This document shows, piece after piece, positions 1-6,775 of a DNA stretch of 10,943 nucleotides. The position numbers and the translations under genes were made by a program. Position 1 is the first letter of the stretch. Each line of letters opens with the position of its first letter. The notes below the pieces were generated by a model that was not told the DNA's origin, did no database searches, and saw only the letters and a program-made list of their open reading frames with translations. The DNA comes from Myxococcota bacterium. GTDB lineage: Bacteria; Myxococcota; XYA12-FULL-58-9; JALHOP01. The stretch is from assembly GCA_041288095.1 (NCBI GenBank), contig JBGGMJ010000030.1, forward strand, positions 1 to 10,943, in the 5' to 3' direction.

Positions 1-444
1 GTATCCGTTTTCGCGGAGCTTGGCTTGGTACACCTCACGTGAAGCAAGCGCGGCATCGCGCTGCGAAGGCGTGTGCCAGTAGATGGCGCTGCGGTACTGC
101 GAGCCGACGTCGTTACCTTGGCGCATGCCTTGGGTCGGATCGTGGTTCTCCCAGAAGACCTTGAGCAGCGCGTCGACGCTTACCTTGTTCGGGTCGTAGA
201 CGATGCGCACGGTCTCGGCGTGGCCGGTGCCGCCGCCGCAGACCTCCCTGTAGCTGGGGTTCGGTGTAGTGCCGCCCTGGTAACCGACCCAGGTGCTGTA
301 AACGCCCGGCACTTGCCAGAACTTGCGTTCGACGCCCCAGAAACAACCCATGCCGACGTCGAGCACCTCGTGCCCGGGCGGCACCGTACCGAGCGGCATG
401 CCGTTGACGAAGTGAGTGGCGGGAAGAGCGATAGCCGTAGCCAT
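1..444 (-). CDS. msrA: Peptide methionine sulfoxide reductase A (3' end beyond the left edge)
   Basis: Manual minus-strand translation from ATG at 444: [15 protein letters not shown]...[55 protein letters not shown]...[26 protein letters not shown]. Contains the MsrA hallmarks GCFWG, GHAE and HDPTQxxRQGNDxGxQYRS. GAGGA SD just upstream. Open to position 1. Confidence 0.97.
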   Translation of the reverse strand, partial: MATAIALPATHFVNGMPLGTVPPGHEVLDVGMGCFWGVERKFWQVPGVYSTWVGYQGGTTPNPSYREVCGGGTGHAETVRIVYDPNKVSVDALLKVFWENHDPTQGMRQGNDVGSQYRSAIYWHTPSQRDAALASREVYQAKLRENGY

Positions 445-504
445 GATGGTCCTCGTTCGAGGTCTATACGCTAGCGCACACACCATGCGAAGGTCGCCCG
501 GCGC

Positions 505-1389
505 ATGCGGCTCGCGGTCGTTACCTCTGAAGAATATGCACAGCTGATGCCCGCTGATCGGGCGCTTGCCGAGGCCTTGAAGGCCCACGGCATCGACGCG
601 GCACCGGCTGTGTGGAGCAATACGGCGGTACCCTGGCAAGGTTTCCAGGCCGCGCTCATTCGATCGCCCTGGGACTACTACTTGCGAGCCGCCGAGTTCG
701 AAGCCTGGCTCGATCGCATCGAAGCTTTGCGGCTGTCCCTCTGGAATCCCGTCCGCACGGTGCGCTGGAACATGCACAAGGGGTACCTTTCGGAGCTCGC
801 CGAGGCAGGCGCGCCTTTGCCGGGGACGGTCGTCGTGCGCGGCGATGCGCTGGCTCCATCACTGTCGGCGATCTTCACCGAGCGCGGCTGGCCAGCCTTG
901 GTGATGAAGCCGGCGGTGTCCGGCGGCGCCTTCGAGACCTACAAGGTCGAGCGCGACGATGCCGCCGCTTTCGAGGAGCGCTATCGCGGCATTCACATGC
1001 GCGGCGACGTCATCGTCCAGGAGTACTGCCCGCGGATCGAAACCAGCGGCGAGCTCTCGCTCATCTACGTGGGCGGCGTCTTCACGCACGCCTGCCGCAA
1101 GGTGCCCAAGGACGCCGACTTCCGCGTCCAAGAACGCTTTGGCGGACGGAACCTACGGCATACGCCCACGGCCCTCGAGCACCACGCAGCCGAGCGCGTG
1201 CTCGAAGCGACGAAGAAGCTCGGATACGAGCACGCCTACGCGCGCGTCGACCTGGTCCACCACGCCAATGATCTCGTGCTCATGGAGCTCGAGGTCATCG
1301 AGCCCTGGCTCTTCCTCGACACCGTGCCCGAGGCGACGGAGCAGGTGGCGGAGTTGCTGGCGCGGCGGCTAGTGAATTCGCAGACCTAG
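505..1389 (+). CDS. ATP-grasp enzyme, RimK/glutathione-synthetase-like, DcsG-like subfamily; substrate unknown
   Basis: Motifs [49 protein letters not shown] and [12 protein letters not shown] match the ATP-grasp family containing DcsG (recognised from memory). GC3-rich codon usage. SD is weak. Confidence 0.85.
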   Translation: MRLAVVTSEEYAQLMPADRALAEALKAHGIDAAPAVWSNTAVPWQGFQAALIRSPWDYYLRAAEFEAWLDRIEALRLSLWNPVRTVRWNMHKGYLSELAEAGAPLPGTVVVRGDALAPSLSAIFTERGWPALVMKPAVSGGAFETYKVERDDAAAFEERYRGIHMRGDVIVQEYCPRIETSGELSLIYVGGVFTHACRKVPKDADFRVQERFGGRNLRHTPTALEHHAAERVLEATKKLGYEHAYARVDLVHHANDLVLMELEVIEPWLFLDTVPEATEQVAELLARRLVNSQT

Positions 1390-3135
1390 CGGCAGCATCA
1401 TCATCACGCCTTCTTCATCGAGCAGGCGCCGCTGCACCCGCACCGCTTCGCGACCGATGTCATTGTCCAGCAAAGCGGACAACAGGCTGGCTCTGGCGCC
1501 GCCCCCGAAGAGCGATTTCACCACTTCGAGCGGCGTCTTGGTGGCCGGGAAGTCGAGCAGCTGCACGTTCTTCGCGTCGGCTACGTTGGCGCGCTCGCGC
1601 AAGCGCGTCAGCGCGAGCTCCATGCCGCCGAGCTCGTCGACGAGCCCACGCTCGAGAGCGGCGCGGCCACTCCACACGCGACCCTTGGCGATGGCGTCGA
1701 TAGCGGACACGTCTTTTTTGCGGCGCGCCGCCACCTTGCCGATGAAGTCCTGGTAGACGTGATCGGCGCCGGCCTTGAGCACGGCGATGCGGCGTTCGTC
1801 GAGCGGCTCAGTCGCGGCGAAGGCCCCCGAGTTCGGCGTCGACTCGTAGGCGTCGACAGTGATGCCGAGCCACTTGGCGAGGGCTTCACGGATGGCGAAG
1901 GCGCCGGCGTAGACGCCGATGCTCCCGGTGATGGTAGCGGGCTCGGCGACGATGTAATCGCCGTCCATGGCGATGAAGTAGCCGCCGGAGGCCGCGAGCG
2001 AGCCCATCGACACCACCACCGGTATGCCCGCCGCGCGCGTCACCTCGACTTCACGGCGCGCCACGTCACTCGCGATGTACGAGCCGCCGGGGCTATCGAT
2101 GCGCAGCAAGACGCCCTTCACCTTTTGCTCGCGCGCCTCGCGTAGCCCGCGCGCGATGTATTCCGAGCTCACGTCGTCCCGCCCGACCCCGTCGGGCGCC
2201 TCGCCGCGCACGATGGCGCCCGCCACCGTGACGACCGCGATCTCTGGTCCGCTTTGGTGGAGCTGTCCGTCGTTCCAGTACGTGTCGACGCCGAAGAGAT
2301 GGTCCGGCCCGCCGGTGAGCTCGTCGACGTCCTTCTCGACCTCGTCCCAGTAGGCGAGTCGATCGATCAGCTTCTGCTCGAGGGCCGAAGCCCCGAGGAA
2401 CGGGCCGCCGCGCACCCATTTCCAAGCGGTCGCTTCGTCGACTCTGCGGCGCGCCGCGATGTGGCGCACGAGGTCGGCTTGCAGATCGTCGACCAAGGCT
2501 TTCAGCGACTCGCGGTGTGCCGCAGTGAAAGCGCGCTCGGTGAACATGTTGGCGGCGTTCTTGTATTCGTAGCGTTGCTCGAAGTGCGCTTTCACCTCGA
2601 GCTTGTCGAGCAAGCCGGCGAAGAACATCGCTTCGGCGCGCAGACCGACGAGGTTCACGTCGCCGGGCGGCGCCATCACCACCTTGTCCGCTAAAATGGC
2701 CGCCGCGTAAGCCGCGTTGCCCCGGTCGCCGTCGCCGGCGGTCTCGAGGAAGGCACAGCTCCACTTGCCGCTTGCGCGGAAGGCCGCCATCGCTTCTTCG
2801 AGCTCCTGCAGCTGCGCCAAGCCGAGCTCGGGGTCGACGACTTCGAAGAGCACGCCGACGACACGATCGTCCGACGCGGCGCGTCGTAGACTCTCGGTCA
2901 CGCCGCGCAAGGTCATGGGCAGGGGGTCACCGAGGAAGCTCTTGAGGCTGATCTCGGCGCGCTCCACCAATGGCCCGGCGAGCTTCACGTGCATGACGCC
3001 GCGCTTCGGCACCGTCGGACCACGGTTCGAGAACAACGCGATCACGAAGATGAGCAGGGAGAGGAGGAAAAAGGCCGCCGCGGCGGCCCTGATCATCATC
3101 CCAAGAGTCCCGAAAAAACCGCGACGTTCACGCAT
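1369..3135 (-). CDS. sppA: Signal peptide peptidase SppA, 67-kDa type (protease IV, peptidase S49)
   Basis: N-terminal TM segment and two S49 domains. YEYKNA (general-base Lys), LRIDSPGGS, VVVSMGSLAASGGY (nucleophile Ser), TITGSIGV, GRVWSG..A...GLVDELGG. Overlaps the ATP-grasp gene 3' end by 21 bp. Confidence 0.96.
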   Translation of the reverse strand: MRERRGFFGTLGMMIRAAAAAFFLLSLLIFVIALFSNRGPTVPKRGVMHVKLAGPLVERAEISLKSFLGDPLPMTLRGVTESLRRAASDDRVVGVLFEVVDPELGLAQLQELEEAMAAFRASGKWSCAFLETAGDGDRGNAAYAAAILADKVVMAPPGDVNLVGLRAEAMFFAGLLDKLEVKAHFEQRYEYKNAANMFTERAFTAAHRESLKALVDDLQADLVRHIAARRRVDEATAWKWVRGGPFLGASALEQKLIDRLAYWDEVEKDVDELTGGPDHLFGVDTYWNDGQLHQSGPEIAVVTVAGAIVRGEAPDGVGRDDVSSEYIARGLREAREQKVKGVLLRIDSPGGSYIASDVARREVEVTRAAGIPVVVSMGSLAASGGYFIAMDGDYIVAEPATITGSIGVYAGAFAIREALAKWLGITVDAYESTPNSGAFAATEPLDERRIAVLKAGADHVYQDFIGKVAARRKKDVSAIDAIAKGRVWSGRAALERGLVDELGGMELALTRLRERANVADAKNVQLLDFPATKTPLEVVKSLFGGGARASLLSALLDNDIGREAVRVQRRLLDEEGVMMMLPLGLRIH

Positions 3136-3266
3136 GAGGCCCCCAAGACGCGCCGGCCCCGGGGTAGCACATATTAATAGGTCCGTGACAGCCGTCGGAA
3201 ATCACCGACTTGACATACTGCGTCACGAATCTTACTCATCTAGACAGTGAAAAGACATGGGGTCGT

Positions 3267-3295
3267 TTGACACACGGAACGAGCGTTCCTATGTT
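3267..3295 (+). promoter_or_regulatory. Sigma70-type promoter for the TPR-ton-oar cluster
   Basis: TTGACA (3267-3272), 17-nt spacer, TATGTT (3290-3295), in an AT-richer intergenic tract of a GC-rich sequence. Confidence 0.7.
3276..3289. promoter_or_regulatory. Palindromic candidate operator inside the promoter spacer
   Basis: GGAACG-AG-CGTTCC is a perfect 6-bp inverted repeat abutting the -10 hexamer. Confidence 0.5.
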
Positions 3296-3344
3296 CTTTC
3301 CACTTTTTTCACTTTCTCGGGAACCACAAAGCCTCGGGTGGCGT

Positions 3345-4160
3345 TTGAAACCTAGGGTCGTTGTAGCTCTACTGGCGTTTGCGTCGCTCTTTGGCACCGC
3401 AGGGTGCACTGAGCTCGATGCCCACATCGCCGCCAATGAGGGCTTCAAGGCCTACAAGGCACGCGACTACGAGAAGGCTGTCGCGAAGTACGACGAGGCG
3501 CTCAAGGGCAAACCCGGGAACGCGCTCCTGCAGAAGAACCTCGCCTACGCGCACATGGCCTCGGCACGAAACGGCAGCGGGGACCGGGCGACCTTCGACG
3601 CGCACATGACGGCGGCCATCGCCGTCCTCACGCCGATGGTGCAGGCCGACCACTCGGACAAGGAGGCCATCGAGCAGCTCTTCTCCGCCTGGACCGAAGC
3701 GGGGCGTCTCGATCAAGCCGCTGCCTTCTTCATCAATTGGGCGAACGCCGATGACAGCGACGAGGCATGGCGCCTGGTGGCGCAGGTCGAAGCGCAGCGC
3801 GCCAACTATCCGGCCGCGCTCGCCGCCTTCAAAAAACGTATCCAGAAAAACCCGAATGACCCCTCGCTCAAGCTGGCCATCGGCACGCTGAGCTGGGAGT
3901 GGCTCCGCCAAGGCGGACCGATCGACAACGAAGAGGCGCTTCGTGTGGCGACAGCGGCCTACGAGTCGACACTCGAAGCAGACAAGGCAGGGCAAGCGAA
4001 CGCCATGACCTACGCCGGTCTCTTGCTGAGAGAGCGGGCGAAACGTCAGGCGACAGAAGTCGATGCACAAGCTGATTTGAAACGTGCCGAGGAGATCGCC
4101 GCGTTGTTGCGCACGCGAGAGCCCGACACCAGCGCGACTGCTCAAAAAGCACCGCACTGA
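3345..4160 (+). CDS. TPR-repeat lipoprotein associated with the Ton cluster
   Basis: In-frame TTG at 3345 gives MKPRVVVALLAFASLFGTAG-C, a typical signal peptide II with lipobox. It is followed by helical TPR-like segments (EGFKAYKARDYEKAVAKYDEALKGKPGNALLQKNLAYAH; EAWRLVAQVEAQRANYPAALAAFKKRIQKNPND). The start is inferred; the ORF track begins at 3210. Confidence 0.8.
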   Translation: MKPRVVVALLAFASLFGTAGCTELDAHIAANEGFKAYKARDYEKAVAKYDEALKGKPGNALLQKNLAYAHMASARNGSGDRATFDAHMTAAIAVLTPMVQADHSDKEAIEQLFSAWTEAGRLDQAAAFFINWANADDSDEAWRLVAQVEAQRANYPAALAAFKKRIQKNPNDPSLKLAIGTLSWEWLRQGGPIDNEEALRVATAAYESTLEADKAGQANAMTYAGLLLRERAKRQATEVDAQADLKRAEEIAALLRTREPDTSATAQKAPH

Positions 4161-4206
4161 AAGCCTACGTCAGGCCGCTTTAGCGGTCGGGCGAGGGAGT
4201 AGGCTT
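4161..4206 (+). promoter_or_regulatory. Intergenic RNA hairpin overlapping the tonB translation initiation region
   Basis: AAGCCTAC (4161-4168) pairs perfectly with GTAGGCTT (4199-4206). Inner stem GGCCGCT (4173-4179) / AGCGGTC (4182-4188). SD GAGGGAG at 4193-4199, ATG at 4209. Confidence 0.55.
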
Positions 4207-4208
4207 AG

Positions 4209-4940
4209 ATGTTCGAGTCGTACGTCGAAGCACAGCGCAGTCCTGTTTTGCGGCGCACCACGTTTTTCTCCGTGGCGGCGGCGTTGCACGGCGCGTTGAT
4301 TATCGGCCTCATCATCGCGCCCATCATCCGCTTGCAGGCAGTCGAGCCGCCCTCGATGAGCGTCGAGCTCTTCGAGACCGCGCCTCCGCCTCCGCCGCCT
4401 CCACCACCACCTCCGCCCGGTGGCGGCAAGTCGAAGCCGAAGGTCGAGAAGATCGAGCCCAAGGAAGAGCCCAAGACGCCGACCAACGAGATCATCGAGA
4501 AGCCGGAGATCAAGGAACCGGAGCCCACCAAGGAAGAAGACGGCGGCCAAGAGGGCGGGGTCGAGGGTGGTGTGAAAGGTGGCGTCGTCGGCGGCACCGT
4601 TGGTGGTGTCGTGGGCGGAGTCATCGGCGGGACACTGGGTGGTACGGGTAACGCGCCAGCGAAGATGATCGCGAGACCGCCGACGCGGATTGGCGGCCGC
4701 GACCCGATCCCTCCCGCGGCGGCGAGCAACATCAACCTCATCCACGCGTCGAAGGTTTGCATCGACATCAACGGCAACGTGACCTCGGTGACCATCCTGC
4801 GCGGCGCTCCCGGGTTCGACGAGGCCGTCAAGGACGCGTCGAAGACTTGGAAGTACGAGCCGAATCGGGTGGGCGGGATTCCCACGCCTGCGTGTTTCCC
4901 ACTGACCGTGAACTTCAAGGCAAGCACGACGAGAAACTGA
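4209..4940 (+). CDS. tonB: Energy transducer TonB
   Basis: N-terminal TM with conserved His (SVAAALHGALII), poly-Pro and EPK-rich linker, (GGxx)n tract, and a TonB_C-like domain (VCIDINGNVTSV...FDEAVKDASKTWKYEP...PLTVNF). Adjacent to exbB/exbD. Confidence 0.92.
   Translation: MFESYVEAQRSPVLRRTTFFSVAAALHGALIIGLIIAPIIRLQAVEPPSMSVELFETAPPPPPPPPPPPPGGGKSKPKVEKIEPKEEPKTPTNEIIEKPEIKEPEPTKEEDGGQEGGVEGGVKGGVVGGTVGGVVGGVIGGTLGGTGNAPAKMIARPPTRIGGRDPIPPAAASNINLIHASKVCIDINGNVTSVTILRGAPGFDEAVKDASKTWKYEPNRVGGIPTPACFPLTVNFKASTTRN
4383..4418 (+). repeat. CCN tract encoding 12 consecutive prolines in TonB
   Basis: cct ccg cct ccg ccg cct cca cca cca cct ccg ccc. Confidence 0.95.
4542..4649 (+). repeat. Degenerate 12-bp tandem repeat encoding (GGxx)9 in the TonB linker
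   Basis: GGQE GGVE GGVK GGVV GGTV GGVV GGVI GGTL GGTG. Synonymous codons vary, so conservation is at the protein level. Confidence 0.9.
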
Positions 4941-5002
4941 CGTTCGTCATAGCGAACTATCGCATCAGCGTCCGGGGCAGCTCGGGCAAAGGACAATGAC
5001 TC

Positions 5003-5680
5003 ATGCAATTTACCTTCAGTGAGCTCTGGGCCTCGATGGGCGTCGGCGCGCGAGCCGTCGTCTTCGTTCTCGGCGTCATGTCGGTGTACGTCGTCGGCAT
5101 CACCATCGAGCGCTATATCCACTTCGCCCGCGCGCGCAGGGCTTCGAGCCGCTTCATGGAGCAGCTGCGCCAGGCAGTCCGCGACCGCGCGACGCTGGCT
5201 GCCGCGACGACCATCGCGGCGGAGCATCCCAAGGCGCCGCTCGCTCACGTCGTGCAGGCCGCCGCGGTCGTCGTCAGCCGAGGTGCTGGCCGAGAGCCGA
5301 TGGAGCTCGTCCTCGGGATGAACCGCGCCATCGAGCGCGTCACCTCGCGTGAGACCTCGTACTTGAAGCGCGGCCTCGGCGGCCTCGCGACTATCGCTTC
5401 GACCGCGCCGTTCGTCGGCCTCTTTGGCACCGTCTTGGGCATCATCAACGCCTTCCAGCTCATGGCGGCGTCGGGCTCGGGTGGTCTCGCGACGGTCAGC
5501 GCCGGTATCTCCGAAGCGCTCATCACCACGGCGTTCGGCCTCTTGGTGGCCATTCCCGCCGTCGGCCTGTTCAATCTCTTCAACGGCAACGTCGAGACCT
5601 TCACCGTCGACATGGAAGAAGTCGGCAGCGAGCTCGTCGAGACCGTGGTCGTGGGCGGCGGGAACGCCCGCGCGGCCTGA
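5003..5680 (+). CDS. exbB: MotA/TolQ/ExbB family proton channel
   Basis: Three TM segments. Motifs LATIASTAPFVGLFGTVLGIINAF and VSAGISEALITTAFGLLVAIPA. AAGGA SD upstream. Called exbB rather than tolQ from the tonB/TBDT context. Confidence 0.95.
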   Translation: MQFTFSELWASMGVGARAVVFVLGVMSVYVVGITIERYIHFARARRASSRFMEQLRQAVRDRATLAAATTIAAEHPKAPLAHVVQAAAVVVSRGAGREPMELVLGMNRAIERVTSRETSYLKRGLGGLATIASTAPFVGLFGTVLGIINAFQLMAASGSGGLATVSAGISEALITTAFGLLVAIPAVGLFNLFNGNVETFTVDMEEVGSELVETVVVGGGNARAA

Positions 5681-6171
5681 TGAGTAACGTGCAGGGAACG
5701 CCACCGCCGGCGCCGCCGAACCTGTCCGCGGCGCGCGTCATTCGCTACTTGCCGCTCTTCGACGGCAAGAAGCACCGCCATGGCGGTCAAGAGGCAAAAG
5801 CGGACATCAACATCACGCCGCTCGTCGACGTCGTGTTGGTGCTGCTCATCATCTTCATGGTGGTCACGCCGTTGCTCGAGCGGGCCATCAAGCTGCCCGA
5901 GGTCGATCAGCCCGAGGCGTGGAAGACCGGCGAAGAAGATCTCAACGTGGCGATCGACAAGTCCGGCAAGGTCATGGTCGACACTGACACGGTGACGGTC
6001 GAGATGCTGCCGCAGAAGCTGGCACAGGCGCTCAGTCGCAACGTGAACCGCCAGATCTACTTGGAGATCGATCGCACGGTGAAGTTCGGAACCGTGCGGC
6101 CAGTGCTCAAGGCGCTCGCCGACTCGGGTGCGTCGAACGTCGGACTCGGCAGCGCGCCGCAAAAAAAGTGA
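5680..6171 (+). CDS. exbD: ExbD/TolR family protein, copy 1
   Basis: ADINITPLVDVVLVLLIIFMVVTP with the essential TM Asp, and a periplasmic domain (IYLEIDRTVKFGTV...GASNVGL). TGATG overlap with the exbB stop. Confidence 0.95.
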   Translation: MSNVQGTPPPAPPNLSAARVIRYLPLFDGKKHRHGGQEAKADINITPLVDVVLVLLIIFMVVTPLLERAIKLPEVDQPEAWKTGEEDLNVAIDKSGKVMVDTDTVTVEMLPQKLAQALSRNVNRQIYLEIDRTVKFGTVRPVLKALADSGASNVGLGSAPQKK

Positions 6172-6190
6172 CAGTCGCGATCGAAAAATT

Positions 6191-6215
6191 GGAACTAGAT
6201 CGTCGATTCCGCGTT
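6191..6215 (+). promoter_or_regulatory. Candidate ECF-sigma promoter internal to the cluster
   Basis: GGAAC (6191-6195), N16, CGTT (6212-6215), preceded by AAAAATT, within the 157-bp exbD1-exbD2 spacer. Confidence 0.45.
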
Positions 6216-6328
6216 GTGCGTGGATCGACTTGGTGTAAACAGACCCACAGTAACGTACGCGCACCCGTGTGCGTCGTTGCTGTCGTAGATGGACAAGAGT
6301 CGCCCGGAGACTTTTGGGGGAGCCATCA

Positions 6329-6775
6329 ATGGCAATGAACGTCGGTGGAAGTAATGCCGGACCACGCGCGGACATCAACGTCACGCCGCTCGTGGACGTC
6401 GTGCTGGTGCTGTTGATCATCTTTTTGGTGGTCAGTCCGGCCGCGACCTTCCAGGTGCCCAATGCGCTGCCGCGGACCGGCACCGTGACTACCGCGGCGC
6501 TGACCGCCGAGCAGGTGGCCGTCGAGCTCCGCGATGACGGACAAATCTACTTCATGGGCGAGCTGACGACGGGGCCGAGCCTGCCGCAGCAGCTGCGCGG
6601 CGCCCTGCAAGATCGACTCGAGCGTACCGTTTTTTTCGTGGCTGGGGACGAAGTTGACTATGGAAGTGTCGTCCGCTGGATGGCCGTGGCCAAGCGCGAA
6701 GGGGCAACCACCGTCGCGCTGCAGGTCAAGCCACCGGCAGCGACTACTGAACCAGGAGCGGGAGCAAATCCATGA
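6329..6775 (+). CDS. exbD: ExbD/TolR family protein, copy 2
   Basis: MAMNVGG...ADINVTPLVDVVLVLLIIFLVVSP...VFFVAGDEVDYGSVVRWMAVAKREGATTVAL. ATG at 6329 follows a GGGGGAG SD and is preferred over the ORF-track start at 6269. Confidence 0.95.
   Translation: MAMNVGGSNAGPRADINVTPLVDVVLVLLIIFLVVSPAATFQVPNALPRTGTVTTAALTAEQVAVELRDDGQIYFMGELTTGPSLPQQLRGALQDRLERTVFFVAGDEVDYGSVVRWMAVAKREGATTVALQVKPPAATTEPGAGANP

Noticed and set aside
73-474. 133-aa plus-strand ORF
   Set aside because: Antisense shadow of msrA, which has unambiguous motifs.
3210-3344. N-terminal extension of the TPR ORF from 3210 or ATG 3291
   Set aside because: AT-rich, promoter-like sequence. The 3210 'start' is part of a TTGACA and ATG 3291 lies within the predicted -10. 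The extension would bury the lipoprotein signal.
4941-5002. Short inverted repeats between tonB and exbB (GTTCG-N6-CGAAC; GTCC/GGAC)
   Set aside because: Stems are only 4-5 bp in GC-rich DNA with no U-tract; insufficient support for a terminator or switch.
1714-6166. 15-bp inverted match TTTTTTGCGGCGCGC (1714-1728) / GCGCGCCGCAAAAAA (6152-6166)
   Set aside because: Both copies lie within coding sequence in different frames, with no recombinase or transposase nearby; likely chance.
6269-6328. ORF-track start for exbD2 at 6269
   Set aside because: ATG 6329 has a strong SD and gives the typical MAMNVGG N-terminus.
5800-6423. 56-bp direct repeat (5800-5855 vs 6368-6423, 5 mismatches)
   Set aside because: Explained by the conserved ExbD TM motif in two paralogues; not a mobile-element or CRISPR repeat.
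4209-6775. Interpretation as Tol-Pal or Agl-Glt gliding motor
   Set aside because: No tolB, pal or glt-like genes in the window; the adjacent TonB and TBDT favour a Ton system.
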